A stretch of 23,156 nucleotides of DNA from Azolla caroliniana (Eukaryota > Plantae > Polypodiophyta). The translations under genes and the position numbers were made by a program. Below the pieces are notes generated by a model that made no database searches, had not been told where the DNA came from, and saw only the letters and a program-made list of their open reading frames with translations. This document shows positions 1 to 8,255 of the stretch, piece after piece. Numbering within the stretch: position 1 is the first letter of the stretch; each line of letters begins with the position of its first letter. The DNA is taken from assembly GCA_043228905.1 (NCBI GenBank), contig JBHGNT010000487.1:1-23156 (forward strand). The letters are read 5' to 3'.

Positions 1-16
1 AAGTAAGCTTTGCCAT
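1..16 (-). CDS. 5' end (MAKLT...) of a further copy of the 2S albumin-like gene, truncated by the window edge
   Basis: aagtaagctttgccat is identical to the start of all other copies. Confidence 0.85.
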
Positions 17-82
17 TGCGATTGTCCTTATGATCCCGGTGCTTGTCTCCTAATGGATTGTATTGACATTGCTCCCTCCACC

Positions 83-93
83 TTTAATATATA
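83..93 (-). promoter_or_regulatory. TATA box (TATATATTAAA on minus strand), repeated in every unit, e.g. 1710-1720
   Basis: An isolated AT-only run 67-77 nt upstream of the ATG, directly downstream of the RY elements. Confidence 0.75.
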
Positions 94-95
94 CA

Positions 96-125
96 CATGG
101 CCATGCAATCAGAGCACATGCATGT
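96..125. promoter_or_regulatory. RY/Sph elements (CATGCA 102-107, CATGCATG 117-124) in a legumin-box-like context, repeated in every unit, e.g. 1723-1752
   Basis: CATGGCCATGCAATCAGAGCACATGCATGT lies just upstream of TATA. RY is the established binding site of B3 factors ABI3/VP1, FUS3 and LEC2 in storage protein promoters. Confidence 0.75.
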
Positions 126-147
126 CACTCACCACTCCCATTACCAT

Positions 148-381
148 AACGTGTGTGTCCCTGCGTACAACTCTTGCCCAAGACCCATACCAACTAGTCC
201 ACCCTCCCACACGTCTAGGCTAGTCCTAGGTGTCGTATTGTCACCAGACAATCTGGGCGCAACCTGTGGCGGGTACTCCTCCTCCTCCTCGCGCGAGAGC
301 TTGTCGAGCAACATAACATTTATACATACGTAGGTAGATGTGCGCACTCGCGCGTGCGCGTAGGGGTGTGCGGGCACGTGC
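148..381. promoter_or_regulatory. Cluster of ACGT-core bZIP elements: ABRE-like AACGTGTG (148-155) and CACACGTC (208-215), A-box TACGTA (327-332), G-box GCACGTGC (374-381), repeated in every unit
   Basis: Motifs read directly from the sequence. RY plus ABRE/G-box is the known ABI3/ABI5-type maturation promoter module. Function is inferred. Confidence 0.55.
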
Positions 382-590
382 ACATTAAACTAGCACGCGC
401 TAGTGCCGAGACACTAAGCACGCGGAGGCTACTGCGGGACGAGTGGTGGCTCCCGAGTGTGCTACATCGATGAACGTAGATAGACCGGTGTCCGTACTCG
501 CTCGTTCGGACGAGGGGTTGGTAACGACGACGACAAGGAAAGCTAACCGGACTACCACACTAGGAGTGTCCTATCGGGCAAGTGTGGAAG

Positions 591-603
591 AAGCAGTGGT
601 ATA
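591..603 (+). other. Probable SMART/PacBio PCR adapter remnant
   Basis: AAGCAGTGGTAT equals the first 12 nt of AAGCAGTGGTATCAACGCAGAGT. It occurs only in unit 1, where 13 nt replace 38 nt found in the other 13 units. Confidence 0.75.
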
Positions 604-695
604 CGTTGCCGTGGCGTGTGCGGTATGGGTGGGTGTTCCGCTTTGATGTTTTTTTTCCGTTTGGGTGGTTTGCGGTCCCTATAGGCAAATTCTAT

Positions 696-761
696 ACGTT
701 GGTGGTCGTGTCTACGTTCGTGTTGGAGGGACGTTGGTGCTCGTGTTTACGTTCGTGTGGG
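696..761 (+). repeat. 35-bp-period tandem duplication in the spacer, downstream of the stop codon, in every unit
   Basis: acgttggtggtcgtgtctacgttcgtgttgg (696-726) vs acgttggtgctcgtgtttacgttcgtgtggg (731-761): 28 of 31 identical. Confidence 0.8.
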
Positions 762-857
762 TGTAATGCGCGATTGGGGAGACGCACTTGTTCGTAAACA
801 CTTACGAGAAATTAGAGAGAGACCACGAGAATAATTTGAACAAGGTTTATGTACTAT

Positions 858-1643
858 TTAGAAGCGACGAATACAAGCACGAGGGCGAAGATCGCACTGT
901 TGGAGTAGGCGGGAGGCGGCGACGCCTAGAGCTCTTTCCTCGTCATCGGCCTTGAATTGGCGACGTTGTTGACGTTCGTCCTCTTGTCGTCGAGACATGC
1001 GGTGGCGGCGTTCGTCACCCTCTCGTCGCTCACGGCTGCTATCTCTCTCGCGCTCCTCGTCCTCTTCCTCCCAGCTACGGTGTTCCCTTGATTGTTGGCC
1101 ATGGCGTCGGCCTTCATCATTGCGTCGTTCCTCCTCGTCAGCATACAAGGCATCACGTAGGCGATCGCATCGATCTTCGGCGGGGATTCGTTCGACGTTC
1201 CTGCAGCACCGTTCCGAGGGTCTTGAGTATCGAGTGTTTTCGATCCATGGGGAGCGACGTCCTTGTTCACCTTCCTCTCTTTCGGAGCGCTCTTGTAGCT
1301 CTCGGATCTGCTTGTCGATGAAATCACCGCACTCTCGCCTCAGTTCCTCGTCACGTGGCTCATCGCGACCACGGCTACGACGTTCCCTTTCCTCTTCGGA
1401 GTCTCTCTTGTTGTCTCTGTAGCGGCGCCCCTCCTCAAGGAACCCCTCACGACGTCGCTCGCGCCTCTCGTCATCGCACTCCCCCTCTCGGCGTCGGTCG
1501 CGCCTCTCCTCGTCAATGTCTCCCTCACGACGTCGATCGCGTCGCTCCTCTTCACGGTCCCGCCCTACAGACCTAGCATTGGCCGCGGTACACGCGGCGA
1601 GCATGATCACGGCCATGAGGAATACGGAAGTAAGCTTTGCCAT
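858..1643 (-). CDS. Arg/Glu-rich 2S albumin-like storage protein precursor (prolamin superfamily), copy 1
   Basis: 261-aa intronless ORF. Hydrophobic signal peptide MAKLTSVFLMAVIMLAACTAANA ending in an AxA site, plant-type start context GCAATGGC. Cys at 105, 146/147, 159, 250, 257 in motifs ECGDFI, PSERCCRNVERIPAEDRC and RLLQQCDLRPRAC resembles the 2S albumin helices. RY/ABRE promoter upstream. Confidence 0.85.
   Translation of the reverse strand: MAKLTSVFLMAVIMLAACTAANARSVGRDREEERRDRRREGDIDEERRDRRREGECDDERRERRREGFLEEGRRYRDNKRDSEEERERRSRGRDEPRDEELRRECGDFIDKQIRELQERSEREEGEQGRRSPWIENTRYSRPSERCCRNVERIPAEDRCDRLRDALYADEEERRNDEGRRHGQQSREHRSWEEEDEERERDSSRERREGDERRHRMSRRQEDERQQRRQFKADDEERALGVAASRLLQQCDLRPRACIRRF
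1437..1553 (-). repeat. Three intragenic 39-bp (13-aa) tandem repeats, in every copy
   Basis: EEERRDRRREGDI / DEERRDRRREGEC / DDERRERRREGFL (aa 31-69). Confidence 0.9.
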
Positions 1644-2510
1644 TGCGATTGTCCTTATGATCCCGGTGCTTGTCTCCTAATGGATTGTATTGACATTGCT
1701 CCCTCCACCTTTAATATATACACATGGCCATGCAATCAGAGCACATGCATGTCACTCACCACTCCCATTACCATAACGTGTGTGTCCCTGCGTACAACTC
1801 TTGCCCAAGACCCATACCAACTAGTCCACCCTCCCACACGTCTAGGCTAGTCCTAGGTGTCGTATTGTCACCAGACAATCTGGGCGCAACCTGTGGCGGG
1901 TACTCCTCCTCCTCCTCGCGCGAGAGCTTGTCGAGCAACATAACATTTATACATACGTAGGTAGATGTGCGCACTCGCGCGTGCGCGTAGGGGTGTGCGG
2001 GCACGTGCACATTAAACTAGCACGCGCTAGTGCCGAGACACTAAGCACGCGGAGGCTACTGCGGGACGAGTGGTGGCTCCCGAGTGTGCTACATCGATGA
2101 ACGTAGATAGACCCGGTGTCCGTACTCGCTCGTTCGGACGAGGGGTTGGTAACGACGACGACAAGGAAAGCTAACCGGACTACCACACTAGGAGTGTCCT
2201 ATCGGGCAAGTGTGGAAGCAAGTTCACATTCGCCGCGTGTACAAGTTGACCTTAGCCGTTGCCGTGGCGTGTGCGGTATGGGTGGGTGTTCCGCTTTGAT
2301 GTTTTTTTTCCGTTTGGGTGGTTTGCGGTCCCTATAGGCAAATTCTATACGTTGGTGGTCGTGTCTACGTTCGTGTTGGAGGGACGTTGGTGCTCGTGTT
2401 TACGTTCGTGTGGGTGTAATGCGCGATTGGGGAGACGCACTTGTTCGTAAACACTTACGAGAAATTAGAGAGAGACCACGAGAATAATTTGAACAAGGTT
2501 TATGTACTAT

Positions 2511-3296
2511 TTAGAAGCGACGAATACAAGCACGAGGGCGAAGATCGCACTGTTGGAGTAGGCGGGAGGCGGCGACGCCTAGAGCTCTTTCCTCGTCATC
2601 GGCCTTGAATTGGCGACGTTGTTGACGTTCGTCCTCTTGTCGTCGAGACATGCGGTGGCGGCGTTCGTCACCCTCTCGTCGCTCACGGCTGCTATCTCTC
2701 TCGCGCTCCTCGTCCTCTTCCTCCCAGCTACGGTGTTCCCTTGATTGTTGGCCATGGCGTCGGCCTTCATCATTGCGTCGTTCCTCCTCGTCAGCATACA
2801 AGGCATCACGTAGGCGATCGCATCGATCTTCGGCGGGGATTCGTTCGACGTTCCTGCAGCACCGTTCCGAGGGTCTTGAGTATCGAGTGTTTTCGATCCA
2901 TGGGGAGCGACGTCCTTGTTCACCTTCCTCTCTTTCGGAGCGCTCTTGTAGCTCTCGGATCTGCTTGTCGATGAAATCACCGCACTCTCGCCTCAGTTCC
3001 TCGTCACGTGGCTCATCGCGACCACGGCTACGACGTTCCCTTTCCTCTTCGGAGTCTCTCTTGTTGTCTCTGTAGCGGCGCCCCTCCTCAAGGAACCCCT
3101 CACGACGTCGCTCGCGCCTCTCGTCATCGCACTCCCCCTCTCGGCGTCGGTCGCGCCTCTCCTCGTCAATGTCTCCCTCACGACGTCGATCGCGTCGCTC
3201 CTCTTCACGGTCCCGCCCTACAGACCTAGCATTGGCCGCGGTACACGCGGCGAGCATGATCACGGCCATGAGGAATACGGAAGTAAGCTTTGCCAT
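2511..3296 (-). CDS. 2S albumin-like storage protein precursor, copy 2
   Basis: Identical 261-aa translation. Confidence 0.85.
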   Translation of the reverse strand: MAKLTSVFLMAVIMLAACTAANARSVGRDREEERRDRRREGDIDEERRDRRREGECDDERRERRREGFLEEGRRYRDNKRDSEEERERRSRGRDEPRDEELRRECGDFIDKQIRELQERSEREEGEQGRRSPWIENTRYSRPSERCCRNVERIPAEDRCDRLRDALYADEEERRNDEGRRHGQQSREHRSWEEEDEERERDSSRERREGDERRHRMSRRQEDERQQRRQFKADDEERALGVAASRLLQQCDLRPRACIRRF

Positions 3297-4163
3297 TGCG
3301 ATTGTCCTTATGATCCCGGTGCTTGTCTCCTAATGGATTGTATTGACATTGCTCCCTCCACCTTTAATATATACACATGGCCATGCAATCAGAGCACATG
3401 CATGTCACTCACCACTCCCATTACCATAACGTGTGTGTCCCTGCGTACAACTCTTGCCCAAGACCCATACCAACTAGTCCACCCTCCCACACGTCTAGGC
3501 TAGTCCTAGGTGTCGTATTGTCACCAGACAATCTGGGCGCAACCTGTGGCGGGTACTCCTCCTCCTCCTCGCGCGAGAGCTTGTCGAGCAACATAACATT
3601 TATACATACGTAGGTAGATGTGCGCACTCGCGCGTGCGCGTAGGGGTGTGCGGGCACGTGCACATTAAACTAGCACGCGCTAGTGCCGAGACACTAAGCA
3701 CGCGGAGGCTACTGCGGGACGAGTGGTGGCTCCCGAGTGTGCTACATCGATGAACGTAGATAGACCCGGTGTCCGTACTCGCTCGTTCGGACGAGGGGTT
3801 GGTAACGACGACGACAAGGAAAGCTAACCGGACTACCACACTAGGAGTGTCCTATCGGGCAAGTGTGGAAGCAAGTTCACATTCGCCGCGTGTACAAGTT
3901 GACCTTAGCCGTTGCCGTGGCGTGTGCGGTATGGGTGGGTGTTCCGCTTTGATGTTTTTTTTCCGTTTGGGTGGTTTGCGGTCCCTATAGGCAAATTCTA
4001 TACGTTGGTGGTCGTGTCTACGTTCGTGTTGGAGGGACGTTGGTGCTCGTGTTTACGTTCGTGTGGGTGTAATGCGCGATTGGGGAGACGCACTTGTTCG
4101 TAAACACTTACGAGAAATTAGAGAGAGACCACGAGAATAATTTGAACAAGGTTTATGTACTAT

Positions 4164-4949
4164 TTAGAAGCGACGAATACAAGCACGAGGGCGAAGATCG
4201 CACTGTTGGAGTAGGCGGGAGGCGGCGACGCCTAGAGCTCTTTCCTCGTCATCGGCCTTGAATTGGCGACGTTGTTGACGTTCGTCCTCTTGTCGTCGAG
4301 ACATGCGGTGGCGGCGTTCGTCACCCTCTCGTCGCTCACGGCTGCTATCTCTCTCGCGCTCCTCGTCCTCTTCCTCCCAGCTACGGTGTTCCCTTGATTG
4401 TTGGCCATGGCGTCGGCCTTCATCATTGCGTCGTTCCTCCTCGTCAGCATACAAGGCATCACGTAGGCGATCGCATCGATCTTCGGCGGGGATTCGTTCG
4501 ACGTTCCTGCAGCACCGTTCCGAGGGTCTTGAGTATCGAGTGTTTTCGATCCATGGGGAGCGACGTCCTTGTTCACCTTCCTCTCTTTCGGAGCGCTCTT
4601 GTAGCTCTCGGATCTGCTTGTCGATGAAATCACCGCACTCTCGCCTCAGTTCCTCGTCACGTGGCTCATCGCGACCACGGCTACGACGTTCCCTTTCCTC
4701 TTCGGAGTCTCTCTTGTTGTCTCTGTAGCGGCGCCCCTCCTCAAGGAACCCCTCACGACGTCGCTCGCGCCTCTCGTCATCGCACTCCCCCTCTCGGCGT
4801 CGGTCGCGCCTCTCCTCGTCAATGTCTCCCTCACGACGTCGATCGCGTCGCTCCTCTTCACGGTCCCGCCCTACAGACCTAGCATTGGCCGCGGTACACG
4901 CGGCGAGCATGATCACGGCCATGAGGAATACGGAAGTAAGCTTTGCCAT
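4164..4949 (-). CDS. 2S albumin-like storage protein precursor, copy 3
   Basis: Identical 261-aa translation. Confidence 0.85.
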   Translation of the reverse strand: MAKLTSVFLMAVIMLAACTAANARSVGRDREEERRDRRREGDIDEERRDRRREGECDDERRERRREGFLEEGRRYRDNKRDSEEERERRSRGRDEPRDEELRRECGDFIDKQIRELQERSEREEGEQGRRSPWIENTRYSRPSERCCRNVERIPAEDRCDRLRDALYADEEERRNDEGRRHGQQSREHRSWEEEDEERERDSSRERREGDERRHRMSRRQEDERQQRRQFKADDEERALGVAASRLLQQCDLRPRACIRRF

Positions 4950-5816
4950 TGCGATTGTCCTTATGATCCCGGTGCTTGTCTCCTAATGGATTGTATTGAC
5001 ATTGCTCCCTCCACCTTTAATATATACACATGGCCATGCAATCAGAGCACATGCATGTCACTCACCACTCCCATTACCATAACGTGTGTGTCCCTGCGTA
5101 CAACTCTTGCCCAAGACCCATACCAACTAGTCCACCCTCCCACACGTCTAGGCTAGTCCTAGGTGTCGTATTGTCACCAGACAATCTGGGCGCAACCTGT
5201 GGCGGGTACTCCTCCTCCTCCTCGCGCGAGAGCTTGTCGAGCAACATAACATTTATACATACGTAGGTAGATGTGCGCACTCGCGCGTGCGCGTAGGGGT
5301 GTGCGGGCACGTGCACATTAAACTAGCACGCGCTAGTGCCGAGACACTAAGCACGCGGAGGCTACTGCGGGACGAGTGGTGGCTCCCGAGTGTGCTACAT
5401 CGATGAACGTAGATAGACCCGGTGTCCGTACTCGCTCGTTCGGACGAGGGGTTGGTAACGACGACGACAAGGAAAGCTAACCGGACTACCACACTAGGAG
5501 TGTCCTATCGGGCAAGTGTGGAAGCAAGTTCACATTCGCCGCGTGTACAAGTTGACCTTAGCCGTTGCCGTGGCGTGTGCGGTATGGGTGGGTGTTCCGC
5601 TTTGATGTTTTTTTTCCGTTTGGGTGGTTTGCGGTCCCTATAGGCAAATTCTATACGTTGGTGGTCGTGTCTACGTTCGTGTTGGAGGGACGTTGGTGCT
5701 CGTGTTTACGTTCGTGTGGGTGTAATGCGCGATTGGGGAGACGCACTTGTTCGTAAACACTTACGAGAAATTAGAGAGAGACCACGAGAATAATTTGAAC
5801 AAGGTTTATGTACTAT

Positions 5817-6602
5817 TTAGAAGCGACGAATACAAGCACGAGGGCGAAGATCGCACTGTTGGAGTAGGCGGGAGGCGGCGACGCCTAGAGCTCTTTCCTC
5901 GTCATCGGCCTTGAATTGGCGACGTTGTTGACGTTCGTCCTCTTGTCGTCGAGACATGCGGTGGCGGCGTTCGTCACCCTCTCGTCGCTCACGGCTGCTA
6001 TCTCTCTCGCGCTCCTCGTCCTCTTCCTCCCAGCTACGGTGTTCCCTTGATTGTTGGCCATGGCGTCGGCCTTCATCATTGCGTCGTTCCTCCTCGTCAG
6101 CATACAAGGCATCACGTAGGCGATCGCATCGATCTTCGGCGGGGATTCGTTCGACGTTCCTGCAGCACCGTTCCGAGGGTCTTGAGTATCGAGTGTTTTC
6201 GATCCATGGGGAGCGACGTCCTTGTTCACCTTCCTCTCTTTCGGAGCGCTCTTGTAGCTCTCGGATCTGCTTGTCGATGAAATCACCGCACTCTCGCCTC
6301 AGTTCCTCGTCACGTGGCTCATCGCGACCACGGCTACGACGTTCCCTTTCCTCTTCGGAGTCTCTCTTGTTGTCTCTGTAGCGGCGCCCCTCCTCAAGGA
6401 ACCCCTCACGACGTCGCTCGCGCCTCTCGTCATCGCACTCCCCCTCTCGGCGTCGGTCGCGCCTCTCCTCGTCAATGTCTCCCTCACGACGTCGATCGCG
6501 TCGCTCCTCTTCACGGTCCCGCCCTACAGACCTAGCATTGGCCGCGGTACACGCGGCGAGCATGATCACGGCCATGAGGAATACGGAAGTAAGCTTTGCC
6601 AT
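5817..6602 (-). CDS. 2S albumin-like storage protein precursor, copy 4
   Basis: Identical 261-aa translation. Confidence 0.85.
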   Translation of the reverse strand: MAKLTSVFLMAVIMLAACTAANARSVGRDREEERRDRRREGDIDEERRDRRREGECDDERRERRREGFLEEGRRYRDNKRDSEEERERRSRGRDEPRDEELRRECGDFIDKQIRELQERSEREEGEQGRRSPWIENTRYSRPSERCCRNVERIPAEDRCDRLRDALYADEEERRNDEGRRHGQQSREHRSWEEEDEERERDSSRERREGDERRHRMSRRQEDERQQRRQFKADDEERALGVAASRLLQQCDLRPRACIRRF

Positions 6603-7469
6603 TGCGATTGTCCTTATGATCCCGGTGCTTGTCTCCTAATGGATTGTATTGACATTGCTCCCTCCACCTTTAATATATACACATGGCCATGCAATCAGAG
6701 CACATGCATGTCACTCACCACTCCCATTACCATAACGTGTGTGTCCCTGCGTACAACTCTTGCCCAAGACCCATACCAACTAGTCCACCCTCCCACACGT
6801 CTAGGCTAGTCCTAGGTGTCGTATTGTCACCAGACAATCTGGGCGCAACCTGTGGCGGGTACTCCTCCTCCTCCTCGCGCGAGAGCTTGTCGAGCAACAT
6901 AACATTTATACATACGTAGGTAGATGTGCGCACTCGCGCGTGCGCGTAGGGGTGTGCGGGCACGTGCACATTAAACTAGCACGCGCTAGTGCCGAGACAC
7001 TAAGCACGCGGAGGCTACTGCGGGACGAGTGGTGGCTCCCGAGTGTGCTACATCGATGAACGTAGATAGACCCGGTGTCCGTACTCGCTCGTTCGGACGA
7101 GGGGTTGGTAACGACGACGACAAGGAAAGCTAACCGGACTACCACACTAGGAGTGTCCTATCGGGCAAGTGTGGAAGCAAGTTCACATTCGCCGCGTGTA
7201 CAAGTTGACCTTAGCCGTTGCCGTGGCGTGTGCGGTATGGGTGGGTGTTCCGCTTTGATGTTTTTTTTCCGTTTGGGTGGTTTGCGGTCCCTATAGGCAA
7301 ATTCTATACGTTGGTGGTCGTGTCTACGTTCGTGTTGGAGGGACGTTGGTGCTCGTGTTTACGTTCGTGTGGGTGTAATGCGCGATTGGGGAGACGCACT
7401 TGTTCGTAAACACTTACGAGAAATTAGAGAGAGACCACGAGAATAATTTGAACAAGGTTTATGTACTAT

Positions 7470-8255
7470 TTAGAAGCGACGAATACAAGCACGAGGGCGA
7501 AGATCGCACTGTTGGAGTAGGCGGGAGGCGGCGACGCCTAGAGCTCTTTCCTCGTCATCGGCCTTGAATTGGCGACGTTGTTGACGTTCGTCCTCTTGTC
7601 GTCGAGACATGCGGTGGCGGCGTTCGTCACCCTCTCGTCGCTCACGGCTGCTATCTCTCTCGCGCTCCTCGTCCTCTTCCTCCCAGCTACGGTGTTCCCT
7701 TGATTGTTGGCCATGGCGTCGGCCTTCATCATTGCGTCGTTCCTCCTCGTCAGCATACAAGGCATCACGTAGGCGATCGCATCGATCTTCGGCGGGGATT
7801 CGTTCGACGTTCCTGCAGCACCGTTCCGAGGGTCTTGAGTATCGAGTGTTTTCGATCCATGGGGAGCGACGTCCTTGTTCACCTTCCTCTCTTTCGGAGC
7901 GCTCTTGTAGCTCTCGGATCTGCTTGTCGATGAAATCACCGCACTCTCGCCTCAGTTCCTCGTCACGTGGCTCATCGCGACCACGGCTACGACGTTCCCT
8001 TTCCTCTTCGGAGTCTCTCTTGTTGTCTCTGTAGCGGCGCCCCTCCTCAAGGAACCCCTCACGACGTCGCTCGCGCCTCTCGTCATCGCACTCCCCCTCT
8101 CGGCGTCGGTCGCGCCTCTCCTCGTCAATGTCTCCCTCACGACGTCGATCGCGTCGCTCCTCTTCACGGTCCCGCCCTACAGACCTAGCATTGGCCGCGG
8201 TACACGCGGCGAGCATGATCACGGCCATGAGGAATACGGAAGTAAGCTTTGCCAT
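7470..8255 (-). CDS. 2S albumin-like storage protein precursor, copy 5
   Basis: Identical 261-aa translation. Confidence 0.85.
   Translation of the reverse strand: MAKLTSVFLMAVIMLAACTAANARSVGRDREEERRDRRREGDIDEERRDRRREGECDDERRERRREGFLEEGRRYRDNKRDSEEERERRSRGRDEPRDEELRRECGDFIDKQIRELQERSEREEGEQGRRSPWIENTRYSRPSERCCRNVERIPAEDRCDRLRDALYADEEERRNDEGRRHGQQSREHRSWEEEDEERERDSSRERREGDERRHRMSRRQEDERQQRRQFKADDEERALGVAASRLLQQCDLRPRACIRRF

Noticed and set aside
25-30. Shine-Dalgarno-like TAAGGA 8 nt upstream of the ATG on the minus strand
   Set aside because: TATA, RY/ABRE elements, the plant start context and the albumin-like protein indicate a eukaryotic gene, so this is probably a chance match.
389-404. 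Small inverted repeat ACTAGC-acgc-GCTAGT and nearby CTAG clusters
   Set aside because: A 6-bp stem is too short to support a structured RNA or terminator call.
97-797. Short spacer ORFs of 63-118 aa (all units)
   Set aside because: They overlap promoter motifs, have no recognisable domains, and are broken or fused by spacer variants (stop created at 8515, +C and +G indels).
1350-1574. Vicilin-buried or alpha-hairpinin peptide repeats in the R/E-rich N-terminus
   Set aside because: Composition is similar, but the diagnostic paired CxxxC motifs are absent and there is no cupin domain.
926-1576. Overlapping ORFs of 133, 141, 77, 71 and 73 aa (all units)
   Set aside because: Alternative-frame and antisense shadows of the low-complexity R/E/D coding sequence (Ser/Arg-rich antisense). 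No independent motif or promoter.
858-1643. SR/RNA-binding protein, protamine or LEA protein call based on Arg/Glu richness
   Set aside because: A cleavable signal peptide and prolamin-type Cys spacing fit a secretory-pathway storage protein better. No RRM or LEA motif.
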